This document shows positions 31,051 through 40,419 of a stretch of 64,000 nucleotides of DNA, one piece after another. The position numbers and the translations under genes were made by a program. Below the pieces are notes generated by a model, which worked only from the letters and a program-made list of their open reading frames with translations, did not search any database and was not told the DNA's origin. This DNA is from Candidatus Omnitrophota bacterium (GTDB taxonomy: Bacteria > Omnitrophota > Gorgyraeia > S143-82): assembly GCA_015494585.1 (NCBI GenBank), contig WGAY01000006.1, forward strand, positions 1,335 to 65,334. The letters run 5' to 3'. The stretch's first letter is position 1, and every line of letters starts with the position of its first letter.

Positions 31051-32088
31051 CTAAAATTGAGACAGAAATCTGAGGTCATTAGAATAAAACAACCTTATAT
31101 CCGGTATCCCATACTTAAGCATACAGAGCCGCTCAACACCCATTCCAAAGGCAAAGCCGGTGTAACCTTCATATTCAGAAGGTAAATGTTTAAAAACATT
31201 AGGATGTATCATCCCACAACCCAACACCTCAATCCATCCGGTCTGTTTACAGGCTGAGCAACCCTCTCCCTTACACAACTGGCAGGATATATCCACCTCT
31301 GCCGACGGTTCAGTAAAGGGAAAATAATGAGGTCTAAACCTCAGTTTGACATCTTCATAAAAGTAACGCCTCGCAAACTCTAGTAAAACCCCTTTCAGAT
31401 GAGAAAATTTGACTGCCTTATCTACTAAAAACCCCTCTATCTGATGAAACATAAAACTATGACTAGCATCCACTGCATCCGGACGATAGACCCTTCCAGG
31501 GACAATTGCGGCCACTGGTGGAGAGATGGCCTCCATAATCCTGACTTGCATAGGAGAGGTATGACTGCGCAACAAAAACTTCCCCTTTTTTTTATCTGGA
31601 GGTATCTTCAAATAGAATGTATCAAATGCATCGCGAGATGGATGGGTGATATCTATATTCAAGGCCGTAAAGTTATAATATTCCTGCTCTATCTCAGGTC
31701 CTGTAGCGATAGCAAAACCCAATCCCTTAAATACAGAAGTAATCTCATCTATGGTCTGGGTAATAATGTGACGATGTCCCAGTGACGGCAGTCTAGATGG
31801 AACCGTAAGGTCCCTTATCTCTTCTTCATGATACTCAAGGGACTGGCGCATCTCAACAATCCAGGACTCAAACAGGCCCTTTATTCTATTGACAGCCTGT
31901 CCCAGCTCCCTCTTTTCATCTTTAGGGGCAATCTTTAGGAAATCAAATAGGGCCTTGATTGGCCCTTTCTTCCCTAGAAACTTAACCCTCAGCTCTTCAA
32001 GGGTTTTTAAATCTATCCTATCAGCATACCTTGCCTTTAACTGCTCTAAGGTCTCTTCTAATATCTGTATCTCTTTTTTCCAATCCAT
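31051..32088 (-). CDS. pheS: Phenylalanine--tRNA ligase alpha subunit
   Basis: LRSHTSPMQ, FHQIEG, YFPFTEPS, GFAFGMGVER. Confidence 0.97.
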   Translation of the reverse strand: MDWKKEIQILEETLEQLKARYADRIDLKTLEELRVKFLGKKGPIKALFDFLKIAPKDEKRELGQAVNRIKGLFESWIVEMRQSLEYHEEEIRDLTVPSRLPSLGHRHIITQTIDEITSVFKGLGFAIATGPEIEQEYYNFTALNIDITHPSRDAFDTFYLKIPPDKKKGKFLLRSHTSPMQVRIMEAISPPVAAIVPGRVYRPDAVDASHSFMFHQIEGFLVDKAVKFSHLKGVLLEFARRYFYEDVKLRFRPHYFPFTEPSAEVDISCQLCKGEGCSACKQTGWIEVLGCGMIHPNVFKHLPSEYEGYTGFAFGMGVERLCMLKYGIPDIRLFYSNDLRFLSQF

Positions 32089-32097
32089 AAAAAGGCA

Positions 32098-32445
32098 TCA
32101 TTCCTGATTAGCCAGCTCCACCAGTTGGGCAAAATCATTTGGATGGTTTACCGCCAGTTCAGCCAGTATCTTTCTATCCAGGGCAACCCCCTTCTTTTTG
32201 AGACCACCAATAAACCTGCTGTACGAACTACCCAGGGCCTTACAGGCCGCGCTAATCCTGACAGTCCATAATCTGCGGAAGACACGCTTCTTTGCCCTCC
32301 TGTCACGGTAGGCATAGCGAAGGGCGCGCATAACCGTTTCATGAACACGCCTATAGTGAGATTTACGGGCACCCCAATATCCCTTGGCCATCTTGCGCCA
32401 CTTATTGTGCCTGGCACGTTTTGTCACGGAAGTCTTTATCCTCAT
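32098..32445 (-). CDS. rplT: 50S ribosomal protein L20
   Basis: AKGYWG, YAYRDRR, FRRLW, YSRFI, LDRKILAELAV. Confidence 0.97.
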   Translation of the reverse strand: MRIKTSVTKRARHNKWRKMAKGYWGARKSHYRRVHETVMRALRYAYRDRRAKKRVFRRLWTVRISAACKALGSSYSRFIGGLKKKGVALDRKILAELAVNHPNDFAQLVELANQE

Positions 32446-32497
32446 ACCTCATCACTCCTTTCCCAACAAATATACACACCCAGATTTAGAATTGCGT

Positions 32498-32526
32498 ATT
32501 ATACTATATAATAAACACATTATCAA
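32498..32526 (-). promoter_or_regulatory. Sigma70-type promoter TTGATA-17-TATAAT for rplT-pheS-pheT
   Basis: TTGATA at 32526-32521, 17-nt spacer, TATAAT at 32503-32498. Confidence 0.65.
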
Positions 32527-32533
32527 TTAGAAT

Positions 32534-35239
32534 TCAGTCCACCCTCAGGTTACATACACTTCTAAATCCACAATTCGAACAGCTTTGAGGATTAACAGAA
32601 AACGGGATACCTGGATCCCTCATCTCTCTGAAGAGCCTTATCAAGACCTCGATAAAGCCATCCAGCAGGTCTCCTCGGTCTTTGATCTTATTGTTGAACA
32701 AAGTCTTATATTCCAATGTCTTCAATCCAATCAGACCTGCATTTACCTTATCTACAGGGAGAGAATAATTCCTAGAAAATAGGAATACGTAAGCCGGCAG
32801 CTGGACATGCGCAGAATTCTCACGCAGCAGCAAACCCGCCTCCATATTAGGATTATAATCTCTAAACCTTTCCATATTAGGGATGCCTGGCAGGCCACCT
32901 GTTTTGTAGTCCCAGACAACATATTCCCCATTCGGCATAATATCCACCCTATCCATCCGACCATAAAGCATAATTCGTTTCCCATTTATATCGAAATTAT
33001 AAGAAAGAAATGAGTCCTTCTCATCTTCCACATAAAAAATAGAAAAACCTACCTCTCTCCATCTCTTCAATTCCTTTTCAATAAAATCCCTGAGCCTCTC
33101 TTTTATTACCTCCAATACGGCTCGTCCCCTCATAGAAATTATTTTCTCCTTAGGCCAATACTCAGCGACCATCTCCTCGACAAGGTCTTCTGATCTACCC
33201 ATTGCCTCCATAAAAAAAGATTCGGAAAGCTTTTCCCCTACCATTGGGCGATAAAGCCGCGCCAGTACAGCGTGGATTAATGTACCTATATCCCTCCTAT
33301 CTACCTCCTCTCCCCTCTCCTCCACAGTACTCAAGCCAAGTACATATTGATAGAAGAACCTGACCGGGCAGGCCAGGTAAGTCTCTATAGAGGTAGGAGA
33401 AAATTTCTCCAACCTCACCAGATCCACCTCAAACTTTCGCTGACTATCAACTACATCCATAACTGGAAGAGATCCTGTCTCCTGAAGAGTATCCAAATAC
33501 GAAAGGGATTTGCCCTTTTTCCTGGCCAGGAATTCTAACTGAGAGATGAATCTACTTCTAGCAAACCTTCTATCGGGATATTCCACATAAAACAAATAGA
33601 CCCTATCTGCCAAGGAAATTTCAGAATAAAAATCATACATAAATAACAATTCCCTATCGGCCAACAACGCAACCCCTAATTTTTCTCTTATTTGATCAGG
33701 CATAAGCAGGTCCATTCCTGCATCACTGGGACAAAACCGTTCGTTCACATCCAGATAAATAAGAGTCTCCATAGATAGTCCCCTGCCCTGCAGGGGGGAC
33801 ATAACCTGCAAACCCTCCAATGGAGTTCCCTCAAAGGCCACATCTTCCTCTGAAAGGAGCTGTCTTATGTACCTAAATGCAACCTTCGGCCCCATATCTT
33901 CTGAAGAGAGAGGAGAACGTCTCAGTTTATCAAGACGTAGATATATCTGATAACAAACCTGCTGTTCGAGGAAGTCTTCCTTTAAAAGCCTATTCTCTTT
34001 CAAGATAAACCAAAAAAGATCCGTCATTGACTCACACAACTTTCCAAGGCTATCTGCCGTAAGAACAGAATCTAATAACTCGAATATAAAATCTAGCGAT
34101 TCTCTTTTCAGAGGCAAGTTTTTCAGTTCCACATAGATAAGATCTTCACTCTCTGATCTAGTTTTGATTAGATATTCTGCCTCTCGGAATGAGGGATCCA
34201 AACCTAAAAGATAGTAGTGAGAAAATATATTGATCAAATCCTTGTAGTACACCTGTCCCGTCCTCTGATTCTCAACGAGTTTAAATAGCAATTCAACAAA
34301 AGAATACCCCGAACTTACCTTTACAGGAAAACCAAGACTGACATTCAAAGGACCAAATCTATCTCCCAACTCATCTAGAAATGCCAGAAGGATATCTTGT
34401 CTGGAAAGGATAACACCTACCTGCCTTGGATGTCTTATTTCCTCAGGTAGAAATCTAACAGCTCCCTTTATCTCATCAATACCGCTCAGACTTGGAACCA
34501 CCTTAACCTTATCTGGATCCACCTTCCAGATAACATGTCTATCGACAATTGATTCCTCCAGCAAGTCTTTAACCTTCTCTTGTATTCTCGGAACATCTAT
34601 GCCAAAGAGCATATAGACAACATTAAACCTCCTCTTCAAGACCTTTATAAGGCGCAAATCTGATTCGGGATGCAGGAACTGTCCAGCAAAAACAATTCCT
34701 TCTGCATCTATATCTAGCAGATCTGCCCTCTCAAGCAGTAATCTCCTAATCAGAGAAGGGGTAAAGAGGCGTTTCTCATAAAGCCTGTTATAAAAAACTT
34801 CCTTTATCTCTTTCATGTAACGCCAAATACGGTAAAACAAGTCCTCCTCGCTATGGCCAACAAGCCATCTGTGAACATCCTCTATCGCAGAATCTTCAAT
34901 ACAAAATCTCTCTAACTCCTCTATCGTGTGAAATATATTTCTCGACCAGGGATAAAAGGTATCCCAGGACCTAAACTCCTGGATATATCTGCCCACACAG
35001 TCTTTCAATATAACTAATACATCATCAAAATCAGCATAGGAAAAATTCATAAGTCTTGAAAGCAGAAATCGCCAGAATTCATTAACAGGGAAAATGCGCG
35101 GGGGGAAGACTAGACCATATTTTGCAAGCAGACTATCCAGAAAGAACCCCTGTCTCGTATTGGGAAATACAACAATCCAGTCCTCTAACTTATCTTTATC
35201 CTTCAAAAACTCAAAAACGGCCTCGGGTACATCTTTCAT
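32534..35239 (-). CDS. AddB/RexB-like protein with a C-terminal PD-(D/E)XK nuclease
   Basis: VVFPNTRQ; FEGTPLEGLQVM; SPTSIETYLACP, GRMDRVD, DYKTG, QLPAY; terminal CSNCGF..C Fe-S cysteines. Confidence 0.8.
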   Translation of the reverse strand: MKDVPEAVFEFLKDKDKLEDWIVVFPNTRQGFFLDSLLAKYGLVFPPRIFPVNEFWRFLLSRLMNFSYADFDDVLVILKDCVGRYIQEFRSWDTFYPWSRNIFHTIEELERFCIEDSAIEDVHRWLVGHSEEDLFYRIWRYMKEIKEVFYNRLYEKRLFTPSLIRRLLLERADLLDIDAEGIVFAGQFLHPESDLRLIKVLKRRFNVVYMLFGIDVPRIQEKVKDLLEESIVDRHVIWKVDPDKVKVVPSLSGIDEIKGAVRFLPEEIRHPRQVGVILSRQDILLAFLDELGDRFGPLNVSLGFPVKVSSGYSFVELLFKLVENQRTGQVYYKDLINIFSHYYLLGLDPSFREAEYLIKTRSESEDLIYVELKNLPLKRESLDFIFELLDSVLTADSLGKLCESMTDLFWFILKENRLLKEDFLEQQVCYQIYLRLDKLRRSPLSSEDMGPKVAFRYIRQLLSEEDVAFEGTPLEGLQVMSPLQGRGLSMETLIYLDVNERFCPSDAGMDLLMPDQIREKLGVALLADRELLFMYDFYSEISLADRVYLFYVEYPDRRFARSRFISQLEFLARKKGKSLSYLDTLQETGSLPVMDVVDSQRKFEVDLVRLEKFSPTSIETYLACPVRFFYQYVLGLSTVEERGEEVDRRDIGTLIHAVLARLYRPMVGEKLSESFFMEAMGRSEDLVEEMVAEYWPKEKIISMRGRAVLEVIKERLRDFIEKELKRWREVGFSIFYVEDEKDSFLSYNFDINGKRIMLYGRMDRVDIMPNGEYVVWDYKTGGLPGIPNMERFRDYNPNMEAGLLLRENSAHVQLPAYVFLFSRNYSLPVDKVNAGLIGLKTLEYKTLFNNKIKDRGDLLDGFIEVLIRLFREMRDPGIPFSVNPQSCSNCGFRSVCNLRVD

Positions 35240-35745
35240 ATTACCCTCTTCAACTCACTCCCCTCAGGCCGGAGATAGAACAGCCATCCGTAAACCCGCT
35301 CAGATAATCGCGATGACAGGATATTATAGTAGATCATCAGTTGCGAAATATGCTCTTCGGATTCCTTGCCTAGTTTATAATCTATGACATGAACCTCTCC
35401 ATCTTTTTTGGCTAAAACATCCAGACGAAAACGCTGCCCCTTAGGGCCAAGCATCTCCTTTTCTACATAAACAACAGCGCCTTTAAGCAGTGAAAGGAAT
35501 TGGTGAAATGCCTTGCTTCTCTTAATACATAAGAAAAACTCGATCAACGACTCTTTATATCCGTCTCTCAGCCAATAAGGAATACCAAGACTGTATTCTT
35601 CGATAGCATCCTCTAAAGATATGCCCTTGTCTAAAAACAACTCCAGCACACCATGCACATAAGTACCAAAGGCCCTCTCTTCTGCCCTTGTTACATCTTC
35701 TCTTTTTATCCTCACCTGGAGCATATTATCTGTCCAAGGTAACAA
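35236..35745 (-). CDS. PD-(D/E)XK nuclease resembling the isolated C-terminal domain of AddA
   Basis: FGTYVHGVLE, EKEM, RLDVL, VIDYKLG, QLMIY; ATGA coupling to the addB-like gene; start uncertain. Confidence 0.65.
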   Translation of the reverse strand: MLPWTDNMLQVRIKREDVTRAEERAFGTYVHGVLELFLDKGISLEDAIEEYSLGIPYWLRDGYKESLIEFFLCIKRSKAFHQFLSLLKGAVVYVEKEMLGPKGQRFRLDVLAKKDGEVHVIDYKLGKESEEHISQLMIYYNILSSRLSERVYGWLFYLRPEGSELKRVI

Positions 35746-35769
35746 AAAGCAAAATACAAGCTTTAGACT

Positions 35770-36993
35770 CTAGGCCCCATACTTTTTCAACTTGCCTGCA
35801 TGGGCCATCATCAAGGACATAAGTTGCATAGAATATATCCTGCCAAGAGAACCCTTTAACGCCTCTCTCTCAGTAAACCTCTCACAGGGGTCATATCTGA
35901 GATAAGGGGCCGAGAGAAGAACTGGCACAGGATGCCAAGAGTGTCCTTTCATTGGACAGGGAGTAGAGTGATCGCCGGTAATCGCAAGGACATCCGGTTC
36001 TTTTTCAAGGATGCGCGGTAATAACTCATCAAAGGCCTCTATCTGGTGGACCTTATTTTCAAAATTGCCGTCTTCACCGTAACTATCGGTCTTTTTGATA
36101 TGCAAAAAGATATAATCATGGCTGGATACAGCCTCTCCAAACAACTCTATCTTTTCCTCCAACAGCTCCCCATGGCCTTCAACCTTAAGCACATCCATAC
36201 CAACTACTCTGGCTATACCCTTATACATAGGATAGGACGCAATAGCCGCCGGTGTCAGTTTATAAAGCTCCTGCAGAGAGGGAATATCCGGTAGCTTATC
36301 AAAACCCCTTAACAATACCATGTTCGCAGGGTGCTCATCCTTTAAGACCTCCTTGACTACCCCAATAAACCTTTTAACCACATCAGCAGTTTTTTGCGAA
36401 GCAGGATCTAAGGCCTGCGGTTCCAGGGGTAACAATCCTGTTTTCTGCGGATCTGTATCTGAAACATGGGGCCCAAGGCCTTCACCAGACAACAACAGTA
36501 CAAACCGATGTTCTTCTTCGGGCCTGACTGTAATCCTTATCCCGTCTATCTCTGATACCGCTTCATTTATCTTCTCGCAGAGACGGGCACTCAACTCCGT
36601 CGGAATGCGTCCAGCTCGCCTATCCGTGACCTTACCGTCCCCATCTACCGTACAAAAGTTTCCCCTCGCTGCAACATCCTCAGGGCCCATATCAAGACCT
36701 ATCCCCAACGCTGAAAGGACCCCCCTGCCTATCCAATATTTTAGGGGATTGTAACCAAACAATCCAAGATGCCCTGGCCCGCTTCCAGGAGTTATACCAG
36801 GATAGATGGGATCCATCAGTCCTAACGCAGAGTTTATCGCAAGTCTGTCCATATTAGGGGTATGTGCTACCTCCAAGGGAGTCTTTCCATCACTACCCGG
36901 TAGATCACCTATACCATCTAGGACCACCAGAACTATTTTAGACTCCGTCTTTACAGATATATCCTTCATAACATCCAAAATAAGACTATCCAT
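35770..36993 (-). CDS. apgM: 2,3-bisphosphoglycerate-independent phosphoglycerate mutase (ApgM type)
   Basis: LDGIGD, PGSGPGHL, DRRAGRI, TGDHSTP, HSWHPVP. Confidence 0.92.
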   Translation of the reverse strand: MDSLILDVMKDISVKTESKIVLVVLDGIGDLPGSDGKTPLEVAHTPNMDRLAINSALGLMDPIYPGITPGSGPGHLGLFGYNPLKYWIGRGVLSALGIGLDMGPEDVAARGNFCTVDGDGKVTDRRAGRIPTELSARLCEKINEAVSEIDGIRITVRPEEEHRFVLLLSGEGLGPHVSDTDPQKTGLLPLEPQALDPASQKTADVVKRFIGVVKEVLKDEHPANMVLLRGFDKLPDIPSLQELYKLTPAAIASYPMYKGIARVVGMDVLKVEGHGELLEEKIELFGEAVSSHDYIFLHIKKTDSYGEDGNFENKVHQIEAFDELLPRILEKEPDVLAITGDHSTPCPMKGHSWHPVPVLLSAPYLRYDPCERFTEREALKGSLGRIYSMQLMSLMMAHAGKLKKYGA

Positions 36994-37101
36994 AATCGCC
37001 TCCTATTGGTTCAGTACTGCCTCCATTAATTGGAACACTAAAGTATATCACGCAAAAGAAAAATCAGGAAATAAATCCACAACCATCGCCCCAAAACAGA
37101 A

Positions 37102-38343
37102 TCAAAAGAGGTTTTGGCCTGCAAAACCAAGCCTTTCGCCTCTCATAATACCCGAACGAATATCCCTCAAATCATGCATATTCAGGCGACTCTCCTCAGG
37201 AGAAATCCGGTATCTTCTACTTATGTAGACCCTGGGAAGCCGCCTTCCTAGCAAGCACAACAACTCATAAGGAACACTTCCATAGCAGGTAGACAAATAC
37301 TCAACGCCTATCTCACTGATACCCTGTTTCCCAATCAAGACCACCTCATCACCTACTGAAACCCCTTCTATGTCAGTTATATCCAAAAACAGATAATCCA
37401 TACACACCTTGCCGACAATAGGACAAAAGTGTTCGCGAATCAACGCCTTGCCTCTATTAGATAGCAGACGAGGATAGCCATCTCCATACCCAACCGGAAC
37501 AACGGCGATTTTCCTCCTACTATCTGCAATGTAGGAATGGTTATATCCCAGACCTTCACCCTTACGCAGTATCCTTATAAGGGCCACCCTAGACTTAAGT
37601 GTAAGCGCTGGCTGTAACTTTAGCATGGCCTTTAACTCATCTACTGGATATGCCCCATAGATAGCCAGTCCTGGTCTTATCATATTACAAATCCCCTCAA
37701 ATCGCCTACGATAAATCAATCCAGCACTATTCGAGATATGTACCAATTTAAAGTCCACCTGCCTACTCCTTAGTCGTTTCACCAAGCCCTCGAAGCTACT
37801 AATCTGCTCAATTGTGAAGGCAGGATCGGTATCCGCACTAGATAGATGCGTATATATCCCCTCCAGGTCGAGCCCGGCCATAAACATCTGCAGTATTACC
37901 TGCTCGGCCTCTCGCAATGTCAATCCAAGACGATGCATACCAGTATCTATCTTCACATGGACCTTTACATTGGAATCAGAATTATTTATCACAAAACGCC
38001 TAAGGGCCTCTGCAAATTCCATGGTGGCGACCGTAATAGTAATCCCATAAAACTGGGCTATTGGGATATCCTGCGGTTCTATCTGTCCTAAGACAAGTAT
38101 AGGAGAACGAACACCATGTTGACGTAAGAAAACCGCCTCATCCAGGTTTGCTACTCCCAAATAGTTTATCATCTTTGACTCCAGGAACCTAGCTACCGGA
38201 AGTATACCATGGCCATAGGCATCGGCCTTGATAACCGCCATAACATAGACTCCAGAAGGGAACAAGGACTTAATCCCCTGAAGGTTCAGATAAATATTAT
38301 CAAGATTTATCTCTATCCACGACTGTCTGTAGAACCTGTCCAT
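37102..38343 (-). CDS. alr: Alanine racemase
   Basis: VIKADAYGHG, KIDTGMHRLG, GYGDGY, GKVCMD. Confidence 0.95.
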   Translation of the reverse strand: MDRFYRQSWIEINLDNIYLNLQGIKSLFPSGVYVMAVIKADAYGHGILPVARFLESKMINYLGVANLDEAVFLRQHGVRSPILVLGQIEPQDIPIAQFYGITITVATMEFAEALRRFVINNSDSNVKVHVKIDTGMHRLGLTLREAEQVILQMFMAGLDLEGIYTHLSSADTDPAFTIEQISSFEGLVKRLRSRQVDFKLVHISNSAGLIYRRRFEGICNMIRPGLAIYGAYPVDELKAMLKLQPALTLKSRVALIRILRKGEGLGYNHSYIADSRRKIAVVPVGYGDGYPRLLSNRGKALIREHFCPIVGKVCMDYLFLDITDIEGVSVGDEVVLIGKQGISEIGVEYLSTCYGSVPYELLCLLGRRLPRVYISRRYRISPEESRLNMHDLRDIRSGIMRGERLGFAGQNLF

Positions 38344-39371
38344 ACACCCTTTACCTTAAAATTGCATTCAGGACAATGCCCCCCATTTATACTCAAAAAA
38401 TCTTCCAGAACATTAAACCCTATTCTTCTAACCAGTAGCTTGCCACATTGTGGACAGTAAGTATTTGCTTCCCTGGCAACATTGCCTAGATAAATGTATC
38501 TCAGTCCAGCCTTCCTGCCAAGGGCCTCGGCCCGCAGGAGCAGCTGAAGGGGAGTTGCATCTCTGTCCCTCATCCGATAATCCGGATGAAAGGCAGAGAT
38601 ATGCCAGGGTATATCTACATCTATCCCTGCAATAAACTCCGCAATCTTTGACAACTCTTCATCAGAATCATTTAATCCTGGAATAATCAGTGTTGTTATC
38701 TCAATCCAGATACCGAGTTCATAATAGGTCTTAATTGCCTCCAAAACCGGCTCAAGCCTGCCACCGCATACATTATTATAAGTCGAATCACTAAATGCCT
38801 TCAGATCTATATTCGCAGCATCCAGATAATCAGCTATTTTCTCGATCGCCTCAAGACTGATAAATCCATTCGTTATAAATATATTAGCAAGATTTCTCTG
38901 CCTTGCCAACCTAGAAACGTCATAGGCAAACTCAAAAAACACCGTTGGCTCAGTATAGGTATAAGAAATAGAGCCAGCCTTGTATTTCAAAGCCAAGGCA
39001 ATAATATCATCAGGAGATATTTCTTCTATCCTTGCCAATCCCTCTTTAACCTGAGAACTAGTCCAGTTCTGGCAGAAACTACAATGAAAATTGCATCCAG
39101 GACAGGCAAAGGAAAGGCTACCACTCGACGGTAAAAAGTGATATAAAGGCTTTTTTTCTATCGGGTCAAGTCCAAGGGCAGAAATCTTGCCATAATTCAA
39201 AGAGAATAAGTTCCCCGAAAGATTTCTTCTGACACCGCAGAGTCCAGTTGCACCCTCTGCTATACGGCAGGAATGTGGACAGAGCCGGCACACAACACTA
39301 TCACCAGCCCCCTCCCAAAACATTGCCTCCCTCAACGAATCCCCATAAGACATATCAAATCCATCACGCAT
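38313..39371 (-). CDS. AmmeMemoRadiSam system radical SAM enzyme (AmrS family)
   Basis: CRLCPHSC, GLCGVR, DPIEKKPLYHF, GCNFHCSFCQNW, YTYTEP, YIYLGN. Confidence 0.92.
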   Translation of the reverse strand: MRDGFDMSYGDSLREAMFWEGAGDSVVCRLCPHSCRIAEGATGLCGVRRNLSGNLFSLNYGKISALGLDPIEKKPLYHFLPSSGSLSFACPGCNFHCSFCQNWTSSQVKEGLARIEEISPDDIIALALKYKAGSISYTYTEPTVFFEFAYDVSRLARQRNLANIFITNGFISLEAIEKIADYLDAANIDLKAFSDSTYNNVCGGRLEPVLEAIKTYYELGIWIEITTLIIPGLNDSDEELSKIAEFIAGIDVDIPWHISAFHPDYRMRDRDATPLQLLLRAEALGRKAGLRYIYLGNVAREANTYCPQCGKLLVRRIGFNVLEDFLSINGGHCPECNFKVKGVWTGSTDSRG

Positions 39372-40216
39372 TAAAGTATAATCTCGGTCCCAATTCCCTT
39401 ATTGGTAAATATCTCTAATAATAAGGCATGACTGACCCTTGCATTCACTATGTGGGCCTTTTCAACTCCTCTTTCAAGGGCCGCAAGGGCAGAAGATACC
39501 TTGGGAAGCATCCCACCAGAAATAATACCCTTATCAATCAGAGACCTTATCTTAACAGCATTTATAGAGGAAATAAACCTCTTGCCATGCATTATTCCAT
39601 CGACATTTGTCATAAAGACCACCTTCGATGCACCGACCGCAACTGCCACCTCTGCAGCCGCTACATCGGCATTCACATTGAAAACCTCTCCTTTCCTATT
39701 AACCCCTAATGGGGAAATCACAGGCACAATATTTCTGTTCAACAAAGAAAAGACAGGATTGGTATTTACACCAATCACATCCCCGACAAATCCTAGTGTT
39801 TTATCTTTCTGACGAGCCTTCAATATCCCATCCCGTTCAGTGAGAGGTCCAGCAGGACAGTTCATCTCTTCCAGTTCTCTGATTATCTGATGATTTATTC
39901 TATTCAATTCCCGTTTCACCACAGACATAACCCGCTTACTCGTATATCTCATCCCATTGACAAATCGCACCTTTATTCCCTTTTCTTCAAGGGCACTTGT
40001 AATGTCAGGGCCACCACCATGTACAATGATAGGATGCATCCCAACATAATGCATAAACACAATATCTTTCAGAACCGACTTCCTCACAGACTCTTCGGCA
40101 AGGGAACTGCCACCATACTTAATCACAACCGCCTTACCGTGAAAGGCCTGAATGTAGGGCAGTGCCTCTAATAAAACCTTTGACTTCTCAATCGCCTTCT
40201 TCACAGCTTCTTCCAC
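39371..40216 (-). CDS. argB: Acetylglutamate kinase
   Basis: VIKYGG, VHGGGP, NVNAD, GGMLPKV, LLEIFTNKGIGT. Confidence 0.95.
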   Translation of the reverse strand: MEEAVKKAIEKSKVLLEALPYIQAFHGKAVVIKYGGSSLAEESVRKSVLKDIVFMHYVGMHPIIVHGGGPDITSALEEKGIKVRFVNGMRYTSKRVMSVVKRELNRINHQIIRELEEMNCPAGPLTERDGILKARQKDKTLGFVGDVIGVNTNPVFSLLNRNIVPVISPLGVNRKGEVFNVNADVAAAEVAVAVGASKVVFMTNVDGIMHGKRFISSINAVKIRSLIDKGIISGGMLPKVSSALAALERGVEKAHIVNARVSHALLLEIFTNKGIGTEIIL

Positions 40217-40360
40217 CTAAATCATTATATACCCTTCCTCAAAACTCCCCATTCCTGGCTTTATTATACAACCGAACAAAATATATCTGAACCCGAAAGT
40301 TGGTAACCGACAAAATGAAACAGATTTTTCCTGAAAGATTTTGTCTCACTAAGCTGGAAT

Positions 40361-40399
40361 GACGATGCCCAGCCGATATGGCTGGGCATTGTTGTTTTC
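40361..40399. terminator. GC-rich hairpin downstream of the large secreted-protein gene (possibly bidirectional terminator)
   Basis: Stem ATGCCCAGCC/GGCTGGGCAT (40365-40389) with a 5-nt loop; U-rich tail only on the + strand. Confidence 0.6.
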
Positions 40400-40419
40400 T
40401 ATGCAGGTTGGATTAGTTA

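Noticed and set aside
32534-35745. Cas4 or anti-phage nuclease pair
   Set aside because: The size and N-terminal inactive-helicase-like region fit AddB/AddA repair proteins, and there is no defence-island context.
35236-36993. TAG read-through fusing apgM to the in-frame nuclease ORF
   Set aside because: ApgM ends at its normal KKYGA C-terminus, TAG is an ordinary stop in many genes here, and an in-frame arrangement has a one-in-three chance.
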